Part shown: positions 22,600 to 37,465 of the stretch, one piece after another
Numbering within the stretch: position 1 is the first letter of the stretch
How the letters are laid out: each line of letters starts with the position of its first letter
Source of the DNA: Octopus sinensis
Taxonomy: Eukaryota
Direction: 5' to 3'
DNA: 64,000 bases
Assembly (NCBI RefSeq): GCF_006345805.1
Contig: NC_042999.1
Location: 36,518,001-36,582,000, forward strand
Notes under the pieces: model-generated
Seen by the model: only the letters and a program-made list of their open reading frames with translations
Databases searched by the model: none
What the model was told of the DNA's origin: nothing
Program-made: the position numbers and the translations under genes

Positions 22600-23739
22600 T
22601 GTCTGTGTATTTATATAAAACAATCACACACATGTATCTACATACAACCATTGTATATATATTTGTTATATATTTTGATTATTGATTGAGTAGATCTTAA
22701 CTCAAGAAAATACTCAGTCTGTCATAGATACAGAATCAGCATTTCTTTCTTTAACCAGGTGATACCTTACAACTGAACAGTTGCTGCAATAAATTTTTGA
22801 TCTTCTTTAAAAGTTAAGCATGGGCATTGAAGAGATATGGGATTGTACTGAAATAATTGTATTTCATCATCATTATCATTTTAAAATCCACTTTTCCATG
22901 CTTGTATGGGCCAGACAGAGTTCATTGAAGCAAATTTTCTTTAGCTTGATACCCTACCTGTTGCTAACCCTCACCTGTTTCCAAGCAAAGTATTATTTTC
23001 CCATTGTCAAACATGTTTTTGTGGTCGATTGGAAGCTTCTATGATAGTGACACTATCACATAATGCCAACACAGGAAGGCACACACACACACACACACAC
23101 ACAAATATATACACGACAGGCTTCTTTCAGTTTCAGTCTACCAAATCCACTCATAAGGATTTGGTCAACCCAGAGGCATAGTAGAGGATTCTTGCCCAAG
23201 ATGTCATGCAGTGGGACTGAACCTGAAACCACATGGTTGGGAAGTGAACTTCTTAACTAAACAGCTATGCCTGTGCTTATACATATAATGTCTGAGTGCA
23301 TGTGAGTCATGGCTGGTGTGTTGTTTGTTACTTTGAAGTTTGTTTCTCAATCATATAATTTTGGGTTCAGTTCCATTGTGTAGCAGTTGGGGCAAGTTTC
23401 TCCTGTTATAGTTCCAGACCAATGAATGTCTGGTAGTTGGATTTAGAAACAGAACCTGAAAGAAGCCGGACATGTGAGTGCATGTATACACACACACATC
23501 ATCGTCATCATCATCATTATCATCATCATTTAACATCCGTTTTTCCATGCTGGTGTGGGTTGGATGGGTTGACTTGAGCTGGTAAGGCTAAGAGCTGCAC
23601 TAGGCCCCATTGTCTATTCTGGCATAGTTTCTACAGCTGGATGCCCTTCCTAACGCCAACCACTCCACAATGTACTGGCTACTTTTTATGTTACACCATC
23701 ACCACTATCAATTCTTCATTGGCAGGCAGATCTTTTTGA

Positions 23740-23850
<111 letters not shown>

Positions 23851-24059
23851 TTATTCATTTTGTTTCAGTCATTTGACTGTGTCCATGCTGGAGCACCACC
23901 TTTAGTGGAGCAAATTGACCTGAGGGCTTATTCTTTGTAAGCCTAGTACTTATTCTATCAGTTCCTTTAGCTGAACCGCTAGGTTACAGGGATGTAAGCA
24001 TATCACCATCAGTTTATAAGCAATATTGGGGTGGGGGGGGACAAACACACACACACAAT

Positions 24060-24132
24060 ACATATATACATATATGAATATATATATAAATGATTATATA
24101 TAAGATATATATATATAATATATAAATAATAT

Positions 24133-24167
<35 letters not shown>

Positions 24168-24549
24168 ATAATATATATATAATATATATATATAAATAAT
24201 ATATAATATATTATATATATAAATAATATATATAATATATATATATAATAATATATATAATATATATATATAAATAATATATAATAATAAATATAAATAA
24301 TATATATAAATAATATATATATATATAATATAAATAATATATATATATATATATAATATATATATATATATAAATAATATATATATATATATATATAATA
24401 ATAATATATATATATAAATAAATATATATATATATATATATAAATAATATATATATATATAAATAATATATATATATATATAAATAATAATATATATATA
24501 AATAATATATATATATAAATAATTATATATAGATATATATATATATATA

Positions 24550-24585
<36 letters not shown>

Positions 24586-25135
24586 ATATATATATATAAT
24601 ATATATGTAAATAATATATATAATATATATATAAATAATATATATAATATAATATAAATAATATATATTATATATATGTAAATAATATAATATTATAATA
24701 TATATGTAAATAATATATATATATATATATATATTAAATAATAATATATATATATATATATAAATATATATGTAAATAATATATATATATATATATATAA
24801 TATATAAATAATATATATAATATATATATATATATATATGTAAATAATATATATATATATATTATAATATATATGTAAATAATATATATATATATTATAT
24901 AATATATATGTAAATAATATATATATATATATATAATATATATGTAAATAATATAATATATATATATAAATATATGTAAATAATATATATATATATATAT
25001 AATATATATGTAAATATATATATAATATATATATATAATATATATGTAAATAATATATATATAAATAATATTATATATAAATCATATATATATAATATTA
25101 ATAAATAAATTATATATATATATTATATATATAGC
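24060..25135. repeat. About 1.07-kb almost pure A/T low-complexity minisatellite
   Basis: Units of (AT)n-AAAT-AAT, later (AT)n-GTAAATAAT; very few G or C. Confidence 0.95.
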
Positions 25136-26089
25136 ATATATGGGTACAGATCACCAATGGTGCAAATAAAATACACCTAAGAGATGCTCGAAATGAGAAG
25201 TAGATAGACAAGCCACAACTGATGAAGGGCCATTTACTGTGTTAACTTGTGCTGTTTTTATTTTTTCTTGTTTATGTATTTCACTGATTTTGTCCTGTAA
25301 TTACTGTCCACGTCTTGTAACTACCACTCGTGTGTATGTTATTTGCACCGTTGGTGACATCCTGTACCCATATATGCATGTATATATATATATTATATTA
25401 TTTATTTATTTAATTGAACGCAACACATCCATTCCCATGTAAGTTTATCTTCACCTAGTTTTTGTGTGACTCACTACTCTGTACTGTTTCCTTCCTCTCA
25501 TCTTTGCTTCTTTCTTTGCCCATCCTTCTCTAATTCCCTTTCTCCCCTCCCTCCTTCACTATTTTCTATTTGTCTCTCTCTCCCTCTCCTTCCTCACATG
25601 TGACCATCGTCCATCCTTCTTTTCCTCATGTGACTATCTTTTCCTGCTCTGATATCTAAATAACTGGAGGGTTTTTTTTCTCTCTCTCTCTCTTCTCTCT
25701 TTTCTCTTTTCAAAAAAATGTCTCTCCCAGTGTTCTCTATTCTTTTTTCATTCCAGTCTAACGACCCTCCATGTCAGTTTTCGTTCGGTTTCCTTGTATG
25801 TCTCTACTGTTATTTTTTGTTCCCACTTTGACCCTCCATAAACCCTAAATTTTATTTTAGAATTTATGGGAGCTACTGTCTTTGATGACTCATATGCTTG
25901 AAATGACGAGTAGGTAGACAGCCGATGACTGATGAAGGGTCCTTTTTCTGTGTTAACTTGTCTTGTTTACCATTTTTTTTCTCATTGTTTACATATTTCA
26001 CTTGTTTTTGTCCTGTAATCACTGTCCACGTTTAGTATCTATCTTTCATGTGTATTTATTGGCACTGTTGGTGATGTCCTGTACCCATA

Positions 26090-26161
<72 letters not shown>

Positions 26162-28005
26162 TACGTTTAAATATTTGTTGTGCAAGATTTTTTATGTGAA
26201 GTCGTGTGTTGAGATTAAGATTAAGATTAATGTAAAAAATTAAATAACACTGAAGCAAAATAACACCAAATATATAGTGCGTGTGTTTTTATTGGCTAAA
26301 CTGGCAAAATGACCATTCCGAAATATAACAATATATTATATTATTTATTTATTTAATTGAACGCGACACATCCATTCCCAAGTAAGTTTATCTTCACCTG
26401 TATATCATCATCATCATCGTTTAAAGTCCGTTTTCCATGCTGGCATGGTTGGACGGCTCGACTGGGGTCTGGGAAGCCAGGAGGCAGCACCAGGCTCCAA
26501 TATATATGATGGGCTTCTTTCAGTTTCTGTCTACCAAATGTACTCACAAGGCTCTGGTCGGCCCGAGACTATAGTAGAAGAAACTTGCCCAAGGTGCCAT
26601 GCAGCGGGACTGAACCTGGAACCATGTGGTTGGTAAGTAAGCTATTTACCACACAGCCACTCCTGCTCCTATAACCACTCCCGCACCTATGTCTATATAT
26701 ACACACATATACATATATGTTGTTGCAAACAAGTCTCACTCCATCATACCAGTGGTGTTCATCTCCAGTTTGCTTTGAAAGCATGTCTGGACATAGGGAA
26801 ATATCTTGCTTGGAAACATTTGAAGGCTAGCAAAAAGAGCATCCAGCTGTAGAAAATATCTCAAATTCCATTTGATCCCTATAGGCAAGGAAACGTAGAC
26901 ATTACACTGATGATGATGGTGTGTGTTTGTGTGTATTTATTTGTATGAGGTAAATAATTCACCAATATTACAACAGTTTGACAAAGAAAAGTTTTATAAC
27001 GTAATACAACAATATCTAACTAATGGTTTATTATATGTCCCAATTATCATCAACATTATTTGAACTAGTTCTTTGTGGTTCTTTGTAGTAGTTCCCAATC
27101 ATTTTTTGCCTCTGGACCCCTTTGATTCCTATTCTATTCTATTGGACCCTCCTAGCCAATTGGTGTTCAAGAAAATCCTATTATATTTTTATAATAGAAT
27201 ATTACAAGGAAATGTATAAAAAAAATATTTTGTGTATTGTAGAAATATAAGACGTATATTTGCCATTTAAATATGGCTAACCCCTAAGGGTGGATGCTAC
27301 TGTAGTTTGTAGCCCCAGGAGGACACCTCCTCCGGCTGGCTACAGACACACTTTCTGTGCCCTATCAGTATTTGCAAAGGGAAGCCATCTTTCCCGTCTT
27401 CAACTTATAACAGTAAAATCTCATGTGGACCCCTGTTGAGAACCATTGGTCTAAATTGTAATCACAAAAACTTGTCATTTTTTTATTATTTGATAGAAAA
27501 TTCCTACTTAGATTCAATCATAGATCTTATCAATTCATTTTAACCATTGCTAAGAGCACCCAAAGGTTATCTCCTTAAAGATTTTAAAGTGGGTTATGTA
27601 ACTGATTGCATTTCATTTTAGCATGAAATATATATAAAGTATATACGAAATCTATATGAATTATATATGAAATAAATGTGATATATAAATATGTATAATT
27701 TGTTAATTTGGAATCTCTTTTTAATGAAGGTTAATATTCATCTGGTGATGGGACTCTTAGCAGGATTATTTAAAATTAAAGGGACTGATGGACTCTGGGT
27801 GCCTCTAATGGAATGGAAACCAACAACTTAGCATTTATACAGTTCTTAAAAATAGTAACTAAGTCTCCCTCACATCGCATTTTACCATCTTAAAAAGCAA
27901 AGAACATATTTGATAATGTATTGGGTAGTTGGAATGCTTTTGATCATTGGTCTGCTCAATCAGGTCTGACCTGGAGTGATATAAAAACCACCACCATGGT
28001 TTTAA

Positions 28006-28197
28006 CCCTTTTGTATTCATATTACTCTGTCAAATGTAATGTTTATTTATTAACATTGCTTTGAATTAATCATGTATTATCTTGTAGTTTCAAGGTTTTT
28101 ATGATATGATTGTATATGTTTAGTTTAGCATGATAGTGTAGTATAAGAGGCTAAATCTGGTTGGTTGTCGGATATGGCCGGTTTAAATGCTAAAGAA
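28006..28197. mobile_element. piggyBac-like MITE family 2
   Basis: TTAA-CCCTTTTGTATTC...AATGCTAAAGAA-TTAA. Homolog at 43535-44097. Confidence 0.65.
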
Positions 28198-31100
28198 TTA
28201 AAGACTGCATTCTGAAGATTTGGCCCTCTCATTAGGGGCAAAAATTACTTTGTCACTAAAAGGTTACTATTTATTGCTCTACAAATGCATCCCATATGAG
28301 AGTACTGATCTCATATCTGGAATAAAGTAGCCGTTTGCTCACAAGTATATTATTTTGCACACACACTTTTTCTAAGCTATTTAGTTAATTGATATACCTT
28401 CACTATCCAGTAAATTACAACCACTAATTCACTGACATCTGTTTTCTTCCTCTATCTCTCCTTTATCATAGCCCAACTGATCCATCCATCTAGCATTCAT
28501 TGTCTCATCCCTACTGAGTTAGGTTTTTATTTATAAATATATTTCTTTTTTCCTCAGACTGGAGAAAGGCCAGTATCCATAAGTTTTGTGGCTCCTTTGA
28601 GACTGTTTTAGCTTGATGACATTAATCTTCTACTTAAATTGTTGTAGGTCAACACCTGCTGGAAAGACATGAATATAGAGATTTTATAGGGTTAGTGTCA
28701 GTGGGGGTGGAGACTGTATTATATGGAGCTGGGTTGGATGCAACAACAGTATGAGGAATGGGTTGGAACTGCTTGAGTGGAGAAGGTAAAAAATCAACCA
28801 GCTCTGAAGAATAGAGACCATTATAGTAATGTAATTTTTCCGCCATACAAGTTGAATTTTTCAGACTGAAATTTACAGCTAAAACATCTTATACACCAAT
28901 ATGACTTTGGAAGACCAAAAATTCCATGTGAAATGCAGCATGATTTGAAAAGATAGTGATGATGTTTGAGTATTTACACTATTTATTACATAAACTTGTA
29001 TGTCAAGAAATACAGTAATGCTAGAAAAGACAAAGAGAATAGACAGTATGCCTGTGGACCAGAGACTGAGGAATGTCTATAAGGGTCTTAATGCCAATCA
29101 GTCAAAGGACCCTTCTTTGACCGCAATCCAGGATGTCTGTGTGTGTAGCAGCTGCACTGTCCTGGCTGCAGGAGCAGTACTCTGTTGTGGTACTCTCTTA
29201 AGCCTTGTTGAGTGTCAGCAGCTGTTTAACAGCCTCCAAGCATCATCTATATACTTATAAAAAGAAAGTCTGTTTGTACATTGACTGGTAATAACACTAA
29301 ATAAAATTGGTTAATAATCAAGGTTTTTCATATTGCCAACTAGTCTGACTTCCGACACACTTGTATTAAATATTTTGCCTAATTGTCTTCTTTAGAACTC
29401 CAATACTCTCTTGCTCCCTGTATTTTCCCTCCTGACATCAACCTACAAAAATTTCAGCTGAACAACCATCAACCTTACTAGTTTTTGAGCCAATATGGGA
29501 ACTTCTATGTTCGACATGCTAGAAATAGCAGCCAAATCTTCCTCTGGTCTTAAGAAAAGGAAGGACTCATTAAATAATGTAGTCCTATGTATACTGATAC
29601 TACTACTATTACTACTTTTGCCAGTGTGATAGCTTCTACATAGATGCTAGAAATAACAGCCAAATATTTCCAATATTGAGCCCTACCATCTTAAAAAAGA
29701 GAAAGATACTTTGGTCAATAGAGGTAATGTAGCCTCAGATATGCTACTACTACTACCTAAAACAATGAAGAAAATTTTATGCTATTGTTAGACCTGTTAG
29801 AAATTATAGCCAGAAGTAGGGTGTGGTTTGAGGAACATTTGTCTTAATAGACATTTGTCCCTTCTCCTCAGATCAGTTCTTGGTTTAATAGCATCAACTG
29901 ACCCTTTTATCTTCTGTTTCAATCACTGGAGTGTAGCATGCTGAGGCACTGTCTTGAAAGATTTAGTCAAACAAATCAATTCTGGTGCTCGTTTTTTTTT
30001 TAAGTCTGGTATTAACTCTACTAGTCTCTTTTACCTTACTTGGACATAAACAAACCAACATCAGTTGTGAAGCAGAGGGAGATAGATAAACACAAACACA
30101 TATACATACATATATGCGATAGCTTCTACATAGTTTCTGTTTTCAAAATTCACTCAAAAGTTATTGGTTGGCCTGGGTCTATAATAGAAGACACTTGCCC
30201 GAGGTCCCATGCAGTGGGGCTGAACCTGAAACCATATGGTTAGAAATCAAGCTTCTTAACCACATAGTTATGCCTGTCCTTGGGTATCTTTTATAATACA
30301 CTTTATTGTAAGCATTCAGACCAAGTCTTAGTCCCAAGGATAATCCCATATTTTTATGTGGCTTCCAACTACAGCAACCATAAGTCTTGTCTTACTATAA
30401 CAGGTCTTTAGGCATCTCTTCCAACTTGTACCTTAAAATAAGGATAGTTTCTGATGTAGGCACTAAGCCTGAAATTTTGAGGGGATGTGTTAGTTAATAC
30501 TATCAACTCCAGTACTCAAATTGGTACATTAATTTATTGACCCCAGAAGGATGAAAGGCAAAATTGACCACAGTGGGAATTGAATTCAAAATGAGAGTTG
30601 AAAGAAATAACTGCAGGGTATTTTGTCCAATGCACTAATGATTCTCTCAACTCACTGCAAATAATCCTCCGCCTCCTCCTTTCTATTATAGGTACAAGGC
30701 CTGAAATTTCAAGCAAGGGGGTCTAGTGGATTACATTGACCCCAGTGCTTGACTTGTACTTATTTTATTGACTCCAAAAGGATGGGAGGCAAAGTCGGCC
30801 ACAGCGGAATTTGAACTCACTAATAATAATAATAATGGTTTCAAATTTTAGCACACAGTCAGCAATTTTGGGGGAGGGGTAAGTCAATTACATTGACCCC
30901 CAAAGGAAGAAAGGTAAAGCTGAACTCAGTGGAATTCAAACTCAGAACCTAAAGATGGACAAAATGCTACTAAGCATTTTGCCTAGTGTATTAATGATTC
31001 TGCTAGCTTACTGCCTTGTTAATAATAATAATAATAATAATGGTTTCAGTCACTAGGCCAGCTATTTTCGAAAGAGAGAGTTAGTTGATACCATTAACTC

Positions 31101-31959
31101 CATTAACTGGTGCTTTATTTTATCAACACCAAACAGATAAATGGCAAAGTTGAAAATCCAGATAAGCTTTGGCTTTATGAGCCTGTTGGCTCAAAGCAGA
31201 CTTTAGTGGTATGATTTGATGCAGGTTTGGTTGCTATTTCTAGCAAGGCAAGTAACCATGTAATGGCTCTATCACCGACATTCCTTAAATGTTTAATACT
31301 TCAATGTTTCCGCCTAAAGCAGCAGCTCTCAAACTGACAAATATCAGTAAAATTCTTTGGCACCTATGTCTTTATTGAGAAGACATGATATTTTGTATCC
31401 ATATAATTCTTCTTTCTTCATTATGATGTTGGAGAAGTTTCAAAAGTTGGAAACCATCATCTTCATCATCTTTTAATATCCATTTTCCATGCTGGCATGG
31501 GTTGGATGGTTTGACATAAGCTGGCAAGCTGGTGAGCTACACCAGGCTCCATTTGTCTGTTTTGGCATGATTTCTACAGTTGGATGCCCTTCCTAATGGC
31601 AACCACTCTACAGAGTGTACTGGGTGCTTTTCACATGGTACCAATACAGTTGCTTTTCACATAGCACCAGCCATGTGTTTTTAACACAGCACCAGTACAG
31701 GTTCTTTTTATGTGGTGCCAGCACAGGTGCTTTTAACATAGCACCAGGACAGTGGCTCTTAATGTGGCACCAACACAGGTGCTCTTAATGTGGCACCAGC
31801 ACAGGTGCCTTTTATGTGGGACCAGTAGGGTCACCAAGTAGCTTGTAATACAAGGACCTTCTAGCTGAATTTTATTAAAGATGTAGATTTGTTAGAGCTC
31901 ACCCCAATTTCAATACTTACAGCTCCTTCCATCACTCTGCATTATGAGAAACATTGATC

Positions 31960-32207
31960 TAGAGTAGTATTCCTCAATCTTTTTTGCTCCACAGACCAGT
32001 TTCATGCAAGACAAGTTTTTCCTCTGACCAAGAGATTGTATGCATAACTAAACACAAAGTACATGATATATAATTATTACATATATAATATATATTATAA
32101 TGCAAAAACATCCTGAAGACTGTGACAGTCAAGAATGTAAAAATAAAGTTTAAAAATTTATTCTTTCTGTGTGGCCTGGTACCTGGTGGTTGAGGGTCCT
32201 TAATCTA
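31960..32207. mobile_element. hAT/Charlie (MER1-like) MITE, old
   Basis: Left end tagagtagtattcctcaatcttttttgctccacagaccagtttcatgcaagacaagtttttcc and right end ggttgagggtccttaatcta resemble Charlie3-type termini as remembered. Confidence 0.45.
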
Positions 32208-33286
32208 GTTTTTATTATATTTGTATTTTGAGTGTTTTTGTGCATGTATCATTATCATTTTGGCATGGGTTGGATGGTTTGATAAGATCCAACAAGGGCC
32301 ACATCATATTCCAGTATCTCAGTTTTGGCATCATTTTCATGGTTGAATCATCATCATCATCATCAACATTTAACGTCTGTTTTCCATGCTGGCATGAGCT
32401 GGGTGACTTGACAGGAACTGGCAAGGCCAGATGTCACACCAGGTTCCATAGTCTGTTTTGATATAGTTTCTATAACTGGATTCTCTTCCTAATGCCAACC
32501 ACTTCATAGAGTGTACTGGGTACTTTTATCATGACACCAGCACCAGTGCTTTTAACACTACATCAGCACTTACCCCAGTGCTTTTTATGTGGCACCTTAG
32601 TTTTAGGGTCTCAATTCTGTTATGGTGGGCAGGTCTTCTTCAGTACAGCAATGCACCACATATCTCAGTCTTTGTCATCTCCTTCATAAGGCTCAGTGTT
32701 TTGTGATCGGCCTTCAATACTTCATCCTGTGTCTTCCTGGATTTCCCTCCTCCACAACCTTCCTGCTTTACAGAGTGAACTGAATGCATTTTATTGCGGC
32801 ACCAGCACTTTGAATGTTGTCTTGCCCCCAGCAAAGATGAACAAATCCTGTCAACCCTGTATTGACTCTGCTTGATTCGCCATCAAATTTTACAATGTGT
32901 AGAGAGCAGTTTTTCCTGTGATATTAACACTAATGAGGTTGCCTTGTAACTTGCAAGACTATAGAGCCTCCATAAGAGAAAGGAGAAGAGGAGTCGGAAA
33001 ATGATGACTTAGTGAAGTGCGAAAAGAATAGAAGGATTATGCTTACATTTTTGTATGGTTCATTCATTCATTCATTTTTACAGCTAAGGCTTTCTGATGT
33101 TTAAATTTATGACAGTATTTCTGATCTGATATGTGCATAAAATGTGTGTGTGTGTTATGTATATAGGTAAAAGTATGATAAACAGAAGATACAGTTTGTT
33201 CCTTATGCATATATGTGCGTGTCTGTGTATGCATGCACATACAATGTGCACACATGCATACATTCATATGTATATGTCTTTATGTG

Positions 33287-33331
<45 letters not shown>

Positions 33332-33721
33332 ACATACACAGTCACAAATATTCATACACATGTAAATATACATACCCCTATACTTACAAATGCAAATGCA
33401 TCAGCAACTGGTCACCTGCAGGTACTAAAGCAGATAATGCAGTTGCATACAAATACACCCACTTAGATATACCTATGCATAGACCCAATGAAACCTGCAT
33501 GATCAAAATTACAAAAAAATTATACACTCAGATTGGTTTTCTGTCTTTACGTTTTGAGTTCAAATTCTACCAAGGTCAACTTGACCTTTCATTTTTTTGG
33601 GGTCAGTGAAATGACAAGTACTGGGATCATCTCTAGCCCACTCCCCTAAAATTTCAAGCCTTGTATCTCCAACAGAAAGGATTATTAAATAGAATTGTGA
33701 CTAAAGATATTGGGCAATACA

Positions 33722-34116
33722 TAAGGCGCAGGAGTGGCTGTGTGGTAAGTAGCTTGCTAACCAACCACATGGTTTCGGGTTCAGTCCCACTGCGTGGCAC
33801 CTTGGGCAAGTGTCTTCTGCTATAGCCCCGGGCTGACCAATGCCTTGTGAGTGGATTTGGTAGATGGAAACTGAAAGAAGCCTGTCGTATATATGTATAT
33901 ATATATATGTGTGTGTGTGTGTTTGTCCCCCTAGCATTGCTTGACAACCGATGCTGGTGTGTTTACGTCCTTGTCACTTAGCGGTTCGGTAAAAGAGACC
34001 GATAGAATAAGTACTAGGCTTACAAAGAATAAGTCCCGGGGTCGATTTGCTCGACTAAAGGCGGTGCTCCAGCATGGCCGCAGTCAAAAGACTGAAACAA
34101 GTAAAAGAGTAAAGAG
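33722..34116 (+). mobile_element. SINE family A
   Basis: Full-length copy. Confidence 0.9.
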
Positions 34117-34204
34117 TAACTGTAATGATTAAACAATTAATTGAATGAAAGTTTTCTTTTTTTTTGTTTTCAAGATTAGAAGTAATTGTAAACATAATAA
34201 TACA

Positions 34205-34775
34205 AGACAGCAGTTTTTACTCAGGAGCAGAGGTGGCTTGATGCTGCTTTTTCTTTTGGACATAAACTGCTATTCTCCTTTCAGAACTGTCACTTTGTAC
34301 AATATCTTCCACTCAAAAATAATGTATGCCAGCCGTTTACTTCCATCACTAGTGACAGCTGTCTTCATTGTAAAACAAGTCTTCTTGCTAGCGGTCTTGA
34401 TAGTGACTTTTTCCAGACTCTTGGAGTCGAATGTCTTTAGGTAGGGCTTATGAAAGATCAACAGAATTTGATCTACATTTTCAAGTGGTTGGCGTTAGGA
34501 AGGGCATCCAGCTGTAGAAACTCTGCCAGATCAGACTGGAGCCTGGTGCAGCCCCTGGCTTCCCAGACCCCGGTCGAACCGTCCAACCCATGCTAGCGCG
34601 GAAAACGGACGTTAAACAATGATGATGATGATGATGATGATCGGTTAACAGAATCTGATCTACATTAAACTGCGATGATAAGTCAGATTCCATGGTTTCC
34701 TGTCATGTCATAATGTAACATTAAAATTCCTGTAAATTTTGCCTTCAGAATCCGCAGGCAGTTTCTCTGCTATGT
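34205..34775 (-). pseudogene. pogo/Tigger-type DDE transposase fragment, split by the RTE tail
   Basis: Minus-strand AEKLPADSEGKI..., FNVDQILL and KTASKKTCFTMKTAVTSDGSKRLAYIIFEWK resemble pogo QKLP / GNADETP / TTGHEK..FTV.LA..ADG.KL motifs. Confidence 0.7.
34483..34642 (+). mobile_element. Short RTE 3'-tail insertion with 20-bp target-site duplication inside a pogo fragment
   Basis: aacagaatttgatctacatt (34460-34479) is repeated as aacagaatctgatctacatt (34647-34666) around a tail ending in (gat)n. Confidence 0.85.
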
Positions 34776-36928
34776 AAGTCTGGAGGAACCAAGAATTCAA
34801 TCTTTCTATAGAGTATTGATTCTACATACCACTGACCTTGAAACTGTTAACCTTTGGTCCCACCCCTAGTAACCCACTGTTTGTATCCTCTCTAATGCGC
34901 ACCTTCTTGTACCTTAAGAGTTCGCTCTGGCAACTCACCACCATGATCTTTATCTTCTTTCCAGCTACTCCTACCCACCCTTATATAATGCAGGGTAGCC
35001 ATGTATCTCCTCTATAGCAAGATACCTGTGCTTGTCCCTCTATCTTACTTTAGCCTCTCAACACCAAGCATAAAACCACCTCTCTCTCTTACATACTATC
35101 CCCACTTAGTTGAGGAGGCTTTTTCTATGCTGTAGTTTAGTTAAAAATTAAATTCTGTTCTGAGTTGGTAACTCAGTAAGTAGACTTGTAGTTTTCATAA
35201 TCAACTCATTACCACTGATTTACAGATGGGGTTAAGATAATGACAAACATTAGTATTTTGATGGATGATTATCAATTCCCACCTATGTACAACTATCACA
35301 GACACTATTAAGAAGCTTGCTTCCCAACCATATGGTCTTGGGTTTGGTCCCACTACACAGCACCTTGGGCAAGTATTTTCTACTATAGCCCCTGGCCAAC
35401 CAAAGCCTTGTGAGTGGCTTTGGTAGACAAAAACTGAACATAGCCTGTCACACACACACGCATGCACGCACATGTGGTTCATATGTACAGAAAACAAAAG
35501 ACAGAGAGAAGTGAGGGAACAACAAGCAGGTATATTAGTTTGATGCTCAGGAAAAATGGATAAGTCTTTGGTGTTTTGAGCCTACACTCTACTACAGAAA
35601 GGGGTGAGAAGAAAAAATGGATTGAGGGAGAGAGAGAAAATGTGCGTGTGTGTGTGTGTATCCTTGTCTTGACACTGTGTGATGATTGTACATGATCACC
35701 ATCCTCTCATACAAGCAGTATTTTTCATTTCCAGTCTTTCGTGAAAAACCATAGGGGTATTACTTTGTTTGGAATCAGTTGATGATTGATGACAGGAAGG
35801 ACATTCAGCCATAGAAAATCTGTCAGAGCTAATTCCACTTGACTCATGCAAGCATGGAAAAATGGACTTCAGATGAGGATGATTATTATTAAAATATAGA
35901 TAGCCTTAACTTAGAAAGGAAATTTGGCATTAAAATTCAAATTTGGTAAAGGAATATTTATGGTAATCAAACCGCCACTTTTGAGCAAAATTGCATATAT
36001 CCTTAGTTTCATTGCAGCCAAGAAGAATAACCTTTCACCATTGAAAATAATAAATAAATAATAATAAACCAATATATTGATTCCATATGGAAATTATGCA
36101 CAAGCAGATTTTCAGCTGAAAACTGTGATGTCAGTGGTGGCATTGTTGGTAAGCGTGGTTGTGGTGGAAACCTATGGATGATACCTAACATAAAATCTAA
36201 TGAACAAATCGCATATATATATATATGTGTGTGTGTTAATGTTATATATAATACAACATTGCCAAATATATTGATAAATGCAATTATACTTCAAACTACA
36301 GAATTCACTTGCTAACACATTTCTTTACCCAATTTTGGTATTTGCCCAAAATTACTATACAGTATGACTAAACATAGTTTAACATAGGTTGTTTATTTGC
36401 TCAACTGCTAAGTTCTGCTGTTCACAGTATTAATTCCAATGTGCATGTTTTTAAATTTTAGATCCAGCTAGAATGCATTTCTTTGCTTATCCTTTCATGA
36501 TCAATAAGTACTCCGAAAATATAGTGCTTTGTGGTAATAATTATTTTCAGATTATTCAGACTCTTAGAACATGTTCCACTAGAATGGTGCAGTATTCTAA
36601 GAGTTTCTCTCTTCAATAAAATTTCCAGCCATAGCTGCTTCTCATCCTTCAAGGGTAAATAAAATGAAGTACTAGTCAAATAGCATGGTTGATTTAACAG
36701 ACTAACCCCTACTCTGCAGAATTATGAGCCTTGTACTTCTTGTGCTTAAATAAGAAATTATTATTAGAGCTGTAAAGAGGAACAAGCCAGTAGAATTATT
36801 ACTGCACCGAACAACATGCTCGGCAGCATTTCTTCTGACTCTTTACATTCTGAGTTCAAATGCTGCCAAAATCAACTTTGCCTTTCATCCTTTCTGGGAC
36901 AATAAATTAAGTACCAGTTGAACACTAA

Positions 36929-37464
36929 GACTGGCATAGCAGCACCATAGTCAGCTGCTACAAAGGTAAAGGTGATGCTTTAGATAGAAATAACTACAGG
37001 GATATCAAACTGCTGGATCAGGTGATGAAGGTCACAGAGAGGGTCATAGCCCAACTAATTAGCGAGAGAGTCTGCTGAGATGAGATGCAGTTCAGTTTTG
37101 TGCCAGGTAGAAGCACCACTGATGCCATATTCCTGGTACGGCAACTGCAGGAGAAATACCTAGTCAGAGATAAACCCCTATATTTGGCTTTTGTGGACTT
37201 GGAGAAAGCCTTTGACAGGGTCCTCTAATCCTTTATCTGGTGGGTGATGTGGAAACTGGGGATTGACGAATGGTTAATAAGGGCTGTACAGGCCCTATAT
37301 AGAGATGTTGTTAGTAGGGTTAGGATTGGAAATGAGTATAGTGAAGAATCCCGAGTAGAAGTAGGGGTCCACCAAGGATCAGCCCTCAGCCCCCTCTTAT
37401 TCATCATAGTCCTTCAGGCAATAACAGAGGAATTCAAGATAGGTTGCCCCTGGGAGCTCCTCTA
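36929..37464 (+). pseudogene. Internal RT fragment of an older RTE copy
   Basis: Aligns by eye to about 59550-60085 (NYRDIKLLDQVMK, FVDLEKAFDRV, GVHQGSALSPLLF) with stops. Ends abruptly just before YADD. Confidence 0.9.
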
Positions 37465-37465
37465 G

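Noticed and set aside
25190-25235. GCTCGAAA...CTGATGAAGGG as a type II hammerhead (also about 25900 and 38600)
   Set aside because: No stem III or UH site can be drawn in any of the three copies.
28649-28846. Minus-strand YYNGLYSSELVDFLP...PHTV; also EKVQRA at about 8695
   Set aside because: Probably very old CR1/L2 C-terminal scraps, too degenerate to call with boundaries.
36108-36160. Possible 33-nt micro-exon (ttttcAG...TTG|GTAAGC)
   Set aside because: The peptide has no furin similarity and such site pairs are common by chance; needs RNA-seq.
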